Assembly (NCBI GenBank): GCA_965116875.1
Contig: OZ220733.1
Coordinates: 2,176,001-2,240,000, forward strand
DNA from: Candidatus Latescibacterota bacterium
GTDB taxonomy: Bacteria; Latescibacterota; UBA2968; GCA-2709665
Length of the DNA: 64,000 nt
Direction: 5' to 3'
Shown: positions 10,042-17,443 of the stretch, piece by piece
Layout of the letters: every line of letters begins with the position of its first letter
How positions within the stretch are numbered: the stretch's first letter is position 1
The notes under the pieces: generated by a model
What the model saw: the letters and a program-made list of their open reading frames with translations, nothing else
The model's database searches: none
What the model was told of the DNA's origin: nothing
Made by a program: the position numbers and the translations under genes

Positions 10042-11151
10042 TCATTGGTGAGGAAAAGTAACGACGACGTTATCGCCAAACGTATTTTTTCTATGTTTGG
10101 CAGCGACAATCTTCCTCTCTTCCTCCAACTGTAACAATACCTGTTTATAGTTCTTCGCAATGTAGGGCGTGTTTAAGTTATGCTGTTCGTATATCTCTTT
10201 CATTTTCAATTTCTTTCCTGAGAATTCTTCTAGTAGCATGTCACCGAGGTCGTCAAGCGGACGTGCGTATCCAAACAAAAACGGTTGTCGGAGATCAGCG
10301 GGATTGTATTCAAACGTCGCGACGCCTTGATGGCTGTCAGACGACTCTTTAGCCATGATTTCCTTCATGATCTTGTATCCCCTTGAGTGCTTGCTAACAA
10401 AGATCAGATGATGGCTTGTTCGAGTTCCGTGATCGTCCTTGAACCTGAACGGCAGCACAAATCCCGGGCCTGATTCTCTAATTGCCTGGCAGAGTTCCTC
10501 AACAATGGTCAACTCACGATCTCGCGGGCTTAGCTGGTCAAGCCTCGCTCGTAAGATTTCGGCTCTCTCTTCGCCAAATAACGCATCCATATGTTCCCGC
10601 ACCGCTTCGTTATTCAGGCCCATATTGATTCGGTTGTAGTTGAAGAAAAAAATACAATCACAGCCCCAGTCCTTTAGCACCGAATTCACCAACCGAAGCG
10701 AAAGCCCCTTGTATCCCCACGGGTCAACAAAAAACAGCGTGGGAATCAGACTCATCTGCTCGAACATACTAACGATCTCTTCCCCGACCTCTTGAGTCTC
10801 GATCTGAGGTGGGTAAGTGAGTGTCTCGACGCCAGGCAGATGGTTAATTGCCTGCTTCAGTGAATCTGAATTGTCTTCGTCTTTGTCATTGAAGATCGTA
10901 ACCAATCGACGACGCAATACATCGTCCTGAATCGCCTTTCTTACGACCATTAGCGGTGTTGAAATTGTCCCGTCAGAGTATCTTCCCCTCCCAGCGAAAA
11001 GGTCAATGTATGCAATCCTGTTTTCGGAACCACGCAACCTGTTCTGGGTCGCAATCATTACCCTTGACCAAGCGTCGAAATATTTCGCTACGATATCGGA
11101 CTTCACTTGCGACTGTCCTGTACTCACATCGAAAAAGCTTGAGTCTGTCAT
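10042..11151 (-). CDS. tcmP: Three-Cys-motif partner protein (SAM-methyltransferase-like fold, C-terminal wHTH-like)
   Basis: SQVKSDIVAKYF, YIDLFAGRG and FFVDPWGY motifs. Lies directly downstream of the DUF5131 gene. Start chosen at MTDSSFF. Confidence 0.85.
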   Translation of the reverse strand: MTDSSFFDVSTGQSQVKSDIVAKYFDAWSRVMIATQNRLRGSENRIAYIDLFAGRGRYSDGTISTPLMVVRKAIQDDVLRRRLVTIFNDKDEDNSDSLKQAINHLPGVETLTYPPQIETQEVGEEIVSMFEQMSLIPTLFFVDPWGYKGLSLRLVNSVLKDWGCDCIFFFNYNRINMGLNNEAVREHMDALFGEERAEILRARLDQLSPRDRELTIVEELCQAIRESGPGFVLPFRFKDDHGTRTSHHLIFVSKHSRGYKIMKEIMAKESSDSHQGVATFEYNPADLRQPFLFGYARPLDDLGDMLLEEFSGKKLKMKEIYEQHNLNTPYIAKNYKQVLLQLEEERKIVAAKHRKNTFGDNVVVTFPHQ

Positions 11152-11266
11152 CGTAGCCTGCTCTTGGCGGGCACGCTTCGCCCTTTCGGTTTGATGGACA
11201 TTGGTACTTCGCTTCCGGGGCATCGACGAAAGTGGGAAATCTGCCCTCGAGGTATGATCGCTCTAT

Positions 11267-12013
11267 CTAAGTTGAATTGGACGCAAAACCCTCGACGTCC
11301 GGATACTCCATCCACTGTCTCCCATCGAGCGTATTTCCTCCCGCTTTCGGCGTTCGCCCGCCCCATTGCTTGAAGAAGAAAGCCACGTGCTGGGTCTCGC
11401 ACTGATCCCGCAATTCGCGTACCCAATCCGGCTCAACCGGACGGGCTCCGGGTCCGCTTTCCCCGCCTGCAATGACCCAGTGGATGTTCTCCAGATTGAC
11501 CGTACCCGCTGAGCCGAGCAGCGGCTCGAATGAGACGAATCGGACCGAAGCGTTGGTCTCTTTGAGATGTCTCAGCCGCGTGAGTGCAGCGTCGTTTTCG
11601 ATGGAGACGCCGAGCCAGATGTGTGATGGCGCATGCCCGTTCGTATAGCGTTCCTGGACGAAGCGGCGCATCAGGGAGCTGCGCTTGGTGAGTACCTGGT
11701 AGACGTGCCAGTCGGCGCGTTCCATGGTGTCGAATACGCGATGGATGTACTCCGCGGGAATATCCTTGTGGAAGAGATCGCTCATCGAATTGACGAATAT
11801 CAGTTGAGGACGGCGCCAGCTCAGCGGCTGTTCCAGTCGCGCGGGTCGCAACACCAAATCGAATCCGGACTCAAACGGGTGCCCCTCGACGCCGCGAAAG
11901 CGCTCGGACAGGCGCTCGGCATAGCAATTGTCGCAGCCTGCGCTGACCTTCGTGCATCCGGTGACCGGATTCCAGGTGACGTTGGTCCATTCGATGGCGC
12001 TATTGCGGGACAT
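11267..12013 (-). CDS. DUF5131 / phage Gp37-Gp68 family protein (Cx6Cx2C, radical-SAM-like)
   Basis: SAIEWT..TWNPVTGCTKVSAGCDNCYA, FVNSMSDLFH, LTKR, SFEPLL, WVIAGGESG, FFFKQWGG. Confidence 0.92.
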   Translation of the reverse strand: MSRNSAIEWTNVTWNPVTGCTKVSAGCDNCYAERLSERFRGVEGHPFESGFDLVLRPARLEQPLSWRRPQLIFVNSMSDLFHKDIPAEYIHRVFDTMERADWHVYQVLTKRSSLMRRFVQERYTNGHAPSHIWLGVSIENDAALTRLRHLKETNASVRFVSFEPLLGSAGTVNLENIHWVIAGGESGPGARPVEPDWVRELRDQCETQHVAFFFKQWGGRTPKAGGNTLDGRQWMEYPDVEGFASNST

Positions 12014-12040
12014 GGAAACTACCTTACGCAAAAATGAGAA

Positions 12041-12068
12041 ACATGGATACACAGGATGAACAGGATTT
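12041..12068 (+). repeat. ACATGGAT..ACAGGAT intergenic REP-like repeat (copy 1)
   Basis: ACATGGATACACAGGATGAA is 17/20 identical to the reverse complement of 14156-14175. Confidence 0.55.
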
Positions 12069-12389
12069 GGTCTCAATTCCGCAAAAGCCGCAACGCGGCA
12101 CCGCGACGAAACCTTTCGAAACGGGCCGAAATGGTCGTCATGAAGGACATTTTTTCCGTTTACGTACAGTGTCCTGGTGTATCTTGGTAATCAGCAGTCT
12201 AATCGCCTTTATTAACTCGCACATATTAGAATTAACGTCCCCGGAAAATGAGGAATCAAGGTTAGAATCGGGGCATTTGTCCTGTGTGTCCTATTCTTCG
12301 ATGTGAGCGTTTCTCAGCAATCCCAGTTCCACACGAATCAACATACGGGATATATTGACATCATGTCTTACGTATCGGCAGATTGAAAT

Positions 12390-13523
12390 TCAACCGACGA
12401 TTTCCTCCCGGTGTGCCTTATGCGATTCCTCGTAGAGGGTCAATACATCGACGTCCGGCACCTCATCCGGCGCAAAATGCCACTTGGAGACGATCTCTTC
12501 ACCATCGACGGCGATCACTTTGAGATCAAAGAACACATCCTGATCTCCGAATGTCTTCGAAATCAAATCCCTCACCTGTTTCAAATTCGCCGGGAAAGCA
12601 GGCCCTATTCTCGGCGCAGTGAGTTCCACGGGGACGAATCGAGGCATCTGTTGGTTGAACTTCGTCAATCCGTGAACAGGCGCGAGCAGGTCGAGGTAAT
12701 GGCGAATTACCCTGTGCTTGTATTCGTCGACAGAAATCTCGCCGATCAGCGCGCGAGCAAGTACGCGTACAAAACGCACTAAACCGTCGACTTGATCTCC
12801 GCTAAAGGTCAGGGTTGTTCCCTTCCTGGAACTTGACAGAGTCAATTCGTCCCCAGATACAGAAAAGCTGTTGCTATGTATAACCTCGTTGCGATAAGGC
12901 ACCAGTTTGCAGAAAACTGCTCTGGCATAGGTAAAAAGGTGGGGATGGATATCGAAGAGACGAGGTAGTTGGAGAATTGATGCTTTCTTGAGCATTTTCT
13001 CCTTATCGGCAAAACGCCACGGAACCTTTGGGATTTTTCCCAACTTGCAATTCTCTTCGACGACCCACTCGAAGATCATATCGAGCACCTTGAAAGAACC
13101 AACAAAAGTGAGCGGCATCATTGCATGGATGAGCGATTCATCGTTTGAAAGTGAATCTTCGAACGTCATCTTGATGTTCGCGGGTACAACTCCGCTTGTG
13201 ATCCTGAGCACAGGGCTTTGGTCGTTCTCTCTTGCCCGATCAATTCGCTGTTCCAGAAAAGTGAGAAGCCAGATCTCGTATTCCATTTTGGCACGAAGCG
13301 CCTTGTTTTGGACGACAGCCGGTTCCCTGGCTCCATGCTCTGACTTTGATTCTTCGTGACGTTGCGCCCCCTCCGGCGTGTAGAGGCGCTCCCCACATTT
13401 CCCGCATACTTCGGTCCGGACATTTACAGTCTCCCTTACAATCCCCGCTTGCAGATCCTTCTCGACTTCCCTCTCAGCAATCGGGCCGCCACACACCGGA
13501 CATCTGTCCAATGACGCCTTCAC
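12390..13523 (-). CDS. YgiT-type (MqsA-like) zinc finger fused to an ~300-aa domain with a HEPN-like motif
   Basis: CPVCGG...EVCGKCGERLY in the first ~50 aa, GTGA overlap with the DUF4258 stop, and YRNEVIH further downstream. Confidence 0.7.
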   Translation of the reverse strand: MKASLDRCPVCGGPIAEREVEKDLQAGIVRETVNVRTEVCGKCGERLYTPEGAQRHEESKSEHGAREPAVVQNKALRAKMEYEIWLLTFLEQRIDRARENDQSPVLRITSGVVPANIKMTFEDSLSNDESLIHAMMPLTFVGSFKVLDMIFEWVVEENCKLGKIPKVPWRFADKEKMLKKASILQLPRLFDIHPHLFTYARAVFCKLVPYRNEVIHSNSFSVSGDELTLSSSRKGTTLTFSGDQVDGLVRFVRVLARALIGEISVDEYKHRVIRHYLDLLAPVHGLTKFNQQMPRFVPVELTAPRIGPAFPANLKQVRDLISKTFGDQDVFFDLKVIAVDGEEIVSKWHFAPDEVPDVDVLTLYEESHKAHREEIVG

Positions 13524-13834
13524 AGGTTCCTCCTGTTGCGCCAGTCAATCCAACGCGTCGGATTCGGACGATAAACGGTAATCAGCATTGTCATTTGACT
13601 CTTCTCATTGTATGCCCATACACTGTGGATGGGCACTCCATCTGCGTTTCTTCCATATATCAAACAACTGGGGTAGGGCCTGTCGTCCGGGTAAGATTCG
13701 ATAACTTCGCCATTATCTAGCGCATGAAAAATCTCTTCAAGCTTCAGTTGATCATTCGCGGCTTCTTCCATTGCATGGTGAGTGATACGATAGTTTCTGA
13801 CTTCTACGGATCTGATGATGTTGCGAATATCCAT
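13520..13834 (-). CDS. DUF4258 family toxin
   Basis: ITHHA..EA..D, GEVIESYPDDRPYPSCLIYG, IHSVW, ITVYRPNP. Confidence 0.88.
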   Translation of the reverse strand: MDIRNIIRSVEVRNYRITHHAMEEAANDQLKLEEIFHALDNGEVIESYPDDRPYPSCLIYGRNADGVPIHSVWAYNEKSQMTMLITVYRPNPTRWIDWRNRRNL

Positions 13835-14035
13835 CCACAGGTCTCGATTTGCATCCGGCAGCGTTGGCGTGTTGCGATGCCGGCCAGATCTAATGGCAAT
13901 AGAACGGTATCATTGTGTTGGGCCCGTGTCAAGCAAAGGTTTGACAAGAGTTGAGACTACGCGGGACTCTACCGCGCGAGGGACAAAGTCGAGACACGGA
14001 GGGTCCCTTCCCGACCGGGAGATATACTGCACATT

Positions 14036-14064
14036 AGTATAGTATTTATCCCGCTCAATGTCAA
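14036..14064 (-). promoter_or_regulatory. Near-consensus sigma70 promoter pointing at the DUF4258 operon
   Basis: TTGACA-17-TATACT on the minus strand. Confidence 0.65.
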
Positions 14065-14155
14065 GGGGTTGGCCGGTCGGGTCCGAACATGCCCGTAATC
14101 TGCAGGTTGAGACCGCGATCGCCGGATCTCTGATCCTATTGCGGTTCTCTTCGTC

Positions 14156-14175
14156 TTTATCCTGTCCATCCATGT
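14156..14175 (-). repeat. ACATGGAT..ACAGGAT REP-like repeat (copy 2, inverted)
   Basis: TTTATCCTGTCCATCCATGT; see copy 1. Confidence 0.55.
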
Positions 14176-14354
14176 GAGTTTTGTCTGGTGTTCTGAAGCC
14201 CGCACGGGTCGCGATCCGCTGATTCGGGTTGACAGGGTGTGTTCCCCGCCGTACTTTGCCATCCGTTCCGCCGTTTTATTCAATCTTCCGGGTCCCCGCG
14301 TTGCGCCGGTGTGACAGGCGCGTATCGCCGGGGCCGGCTCATTCTGGAGACGAC

Positions 14355-15641
14355 ATGATCCGACTCGCCACCTTTCAATCCGACGTGACGCCGCCGCTGG
14401 GCCATCCGCTCTGCGCGGGGTGGTATCCGTCCGCCAAAGGCATCCTGGACCCGCTGGCCGCCCTTGGGCTGGTGTTCGTACCGGACGACCAATCGCCCAT
14501 GGTCCTGTGCGCACTGGACTGGGCCGAGTTGAGCAACGGCGACTACGACCGCTGGCGTGAAGAACTGGCCGAAGCCGTGGGCACCGATGCCGACCGGGTG
14601 GCCGTGCATTGCACGCACGCGCACGACACGCCCTGGCCCGACCGCGATGCCCAGGACATTCTCGACGCCCACGGCCATCCCGATGTCATTATGGCCGGAG
14701 ACTGGGCCGAGCGCGTTCGTACGCAGGCGGCTGGAGCAGCGGGCGAAGCCCTCAACAGACTGCAACCCTGCACGCATATCTCCACAGGCGAAGCCAGGGT
14801 GGACCGGATCGCCTCCAACCGGCGGGTGATGGGGCCGGACGGCAAGGTGGCCGCGGTGCGCTGGACCAAGACGCCCGACCCGGAGGTGCGGGCCGCGCCC
14901 GAAGGCGTCATCGACCCCATGCTCAAGACAATCGGCTATTACAATCAGGATACGCCGCTGGCCCTCGTTCACTACTATGCCACACATCCCACCAGCATGG
15001 ACGGCACGGGGTTGGTGACGCCCGAATTCGTCGGCCTGGCGCGCAACCGGCGCACGGAACAAAGCGGGGTGCCGCACATCTACTTCACCGGTTGCGCGGG
15101 CAACGTCACCGCGGGCAAGTACAACGACGGCGTTGCGGACAACCGCGAATTGTTCACCGGGCGCATCCTCACTGCTATGCTGGAAGCCGAGCAGGCCAGT
15201 ACGCGCCAGCCCCTGGAACGCGTGGCGTGGACCGTGGAGCCCGTGCGGCTGCCGCCGAGGGAGGACCTGAACGAGGAAAACCTGCTGGCGCAAATCGCAA
15301 GCCCGGCCAGCCGGTCCAAGGGAAACAGCAAAGCCGCGCTCATGCTGACGTACCTGCGCCGCCGCGAGCGCCCCATACCGTTTACCTGCATGCATCTCAA
15401 CGACGGTGTGGCGGTGGTCAATCTCCCGGGCGAGATCTTTATCGAATACCAGTTGCACGCGCAGGCCAGCCGACCGGATGCCTTTGTCGCCGTGGCGGGA
15501 TACGGTGATCTGGGGACCGGTTACATCACCATGGAAACGTCCTTTGACGAGGGGGGATACGAGCCCGTGGACGCCTTTGTGTCGGGGAAATCCGAGAAAA
15601 TCGTCCGCGCCGCCATCGACAAGGTTCTGCAAGCAGGCTGA
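14355..15641 (+). CDS. Neutral/alkaline ceramidase-like hydrolase
   Basis: GGAG RBS; DVTPPLG, HCTHAHD, YATHP, GCAGNV, LPGEIF, GGYE motifs. Confidence 0.7.
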   Translation: MIRLATFQSDVTPPLGHPLCAGWYPSAKGILDPLAALGLVFVPDDQSPMVLCALDWAELSNGDYDRWREELAEAVGTDADRVAVHCTHAHDTPWPDRDAQDILDAHGHPDVIMAGDWAERVRTQAAGAAGEALNRLQPCTHISTGEARVDRIASNRRVMGPDGKVAAVRWTKTPDPEVRAAPEGVIDPMLKTIGYYNQDTPLALVHYYATHPTSMDGTGLVTPEFVGLARNRRTEQSGVPHIYFTGCAGNVTAGKYNDGVADNRELFTGRILTAMLEAEQASTRQPLERVAWTVEPVRLPPREDLNEENLLAQIASPASRSKGNSKAALMLTYLRRRERPIPFTCMHLNDGVAVVNLPGEIFIEYQLHAQASRPDAFVAVAGYGDLGTGYITMETSFDEGGYEPVDAFVSGKSEKIVRAAIDKVLQAG

Positions 15642-15681
15642 AACGCGACCGCGCCCAACGCGCATCTTGAAAGAAGGAAAC

Positions 15682-16005
15682 ATGGGTGTTCAGGAAGGAC
15701 AGGCGGAAGATGCCGCGGCCATCGATCGGGCATGGACGGATAACGCGGCGGGCGAGACGGTACCAGGCGATGTTGTAAAGGGTATATTGGACGGAGGATC
15801 GCCCTTGCGCGTGTGGCGGAAATACCGTGGATTGACGCTGGCTTCGCTTGCCCGGACGGTGGGCGTTTCAAGGGGGTATCTGTCACAGATCGAGAACGGG
15901 CACAAGTCCGGTACTCTCGACCTGTTTCGCAGATTGGCCGGCGCGCTCAACGTATCGATGGACCAGCTGGTGGAACCCGCGCCAGGTCCCGGCGACGACC
16001 GGTGA
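15682..16005 (+). CDS. XRE-family HTH protein (antitoxin-like, orphan)
   Basis: SPLRVWRKYRGLTLASLARTVGVSRGYLSQIENG; AAGGA RBS. Confidence 0.85.
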   Translation: MGVQEGQAEDAAAIDRAWTDNAAGETVPGDVVKGILDGGSPLRVWRKYRGLTLASLARTVGVSRGYLSQIENGHKSGTLDLFRRLAGALNVSMDQLVEPAPGPGDDR

Positions 16006-16034
16006 ACTTCGGCGTTTGCCGCGGGGTCGTGGAA

Positions 16035-16838
16035 ATGGGAAGCATCGTCGCGATCGGTGGCGGAGACGTCAGAACCCTGGCAACCCGTCCGATGGACCTT
16101 GAAATCATCAGGCTCTCGGGTTCGTCGAGCCCAAAAGCCCTGTTCATACCAACGGCAAGCAGCGATTCGGTCGAATACTGGGAAGGTTTCGACAGGGCGT
16201 ACCGTGAGAACTATGGTTGCGCCACGGACGTGCTCTACCTCCTGGGCCGGGCGCCTTCACCGGAATCCATAGCCCGGAAGATCGACTGGGCCGACATCAT
16301 CTACGTTGGCGGTGGCAACACGCTGAAGATGATGCGGCGCTGGCGGCTCCTCGGAGTCGACCACCTGATTGGATCGGCGCATGCGCGTGGCGCGGTTCTG
16401 TGCGGCGTGAGCGCCGGGGCGATCTGCTGGTTCGACCGGGGTCACAGCGACTCTATGTCCTTCTACAGCCCCGACGACTGGAGCTATATTGCCGTCACGG
16501 GCATGGGCCTGTTGAGCGGTCTTGCGTGTCCCCATTACAACGGGGACACGGCGGGAGTTCCGAGGAGGCAGGACTACCACGACATGCTCAGGCGGAAGGG
16601 CGGAGACGGTCTGGCCATCGACAATGACTGTGCAGTCGCCTTCACGGCCGAAGGGTACAGGGTGATCGCCGCCACCCCTGGCGCCGGCGCTTACTCGCTT
16701 GATGTCCGGCGTGGCGCGGTCGTCGAGCGGGCGCTCCCTGTTACGCCTGACTATCGCCCGATCGAGTCCCTTTACGAGCGGGCAGACGGAAATGTCAGCA
16801 CCACAGGCAAACGGAATTCCCCAACGGGACCGTGTTGA
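16035..16838 (+). CDS. Peptidase S51 (peptidase E / class I glutamine amidotransferase-like)
   Basis: IVAIGGG, FIPTAS, IYVGGGNT, GVSAGA, CPHY. Confidence 0.88.
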   Translation: MGSIVAIGGGDVRTLATRPMDLEIIRLSGSSSPKALFIPTASSDSVEYWEGFDRAYRENYGCATDVLYLLGRAPSPESIARKIDWADIIYVGGGNTLKMMRRWRLLGVDHLIGSAHARGAVLCGVSAGAICWFDRGHSDSMSFYSPDDWSYIAVTGMGLLSGLACPHYNGDTAGVPRRQDYHDMLRRKGGDGLAIDNDCAVAFTAEGYRVIAATPGAGAYSLDVRRGAVVERALPVTPDYRPIESLYERADGNVSTTGKRNSPTGPC

Positions 16839-16863
16839 CCCTAGAAATAAGACTGGAGCTGCG

Positions 16864-17349
16864 GTGTTGCGGCGAATCATCCATGGTGCGTTTGTGTTCG
16901 CGGTGGCGTTTCTCCTGATGGGTCCGTTTTCGCACGCCATGGTCGGGAAGTCGGGCTGGCTCCACACGATGGGGTTGGGTATGGGATGGGGGCTGGCGCT
17001 CGGATTGATCGTGGGCATGGGCAGCGACATCAGCACAGGCGTTGGCATGGTGCTGGGCCTTGGCGCGGGGGCCGGAATCTACTGGGGCCCGTTCGACGGG
17101 GTGATCGTCGGGTTTGTCGCGGCCATACCCGCTGCCATGGGCGTGGGCCTGGTGTCGATACTGCTGGACTGGAGCCTCGGAGCGGGGCTCTTCTGGGGTC
17201 TGTCCCTCGGCATCAGCGCCGTATTGCTCGTATTGCTGGAGGGCGGATGGGCGGTTTTCGCCGCTGCCGCCGCCGGGTGCCTGGCCGGTCTCGGCATCCG
17301 GGTTCTGCTGAGGACGTGGTCGGACCGGCCCGGACAGACGACGGAATGA
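16864..17349 (+). CDS. Gly-rich membrane protein
   Basis: GGAG RBS; several hydrophobic GxxxG helices. Confidence 0.65.
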   Translation: MLRRIIHGAFVFAVAFLLMGPFSHAMVGKSGWLHTMGLGMGWGLALGLIVGMGSDISTGVGMVLGLGAGAGIYWGPFDGVIVGFVAAIPAAMGVGLVSILLDWSLGAGLFWGLSLGISAVLLVLLEGGWAVFAAAAAGCLAGLGIRVLLRTWSDRPGQTTE

Positions 17350-17443
17350 CCCGGGTTTTGCCGGGCCGAAAAGCGACAAATCCCGGTTAACTTGCACGTA
17401 TTCGATTTAACGTCCACGAAGACGTTTACCCTGGCAGGAGGAC

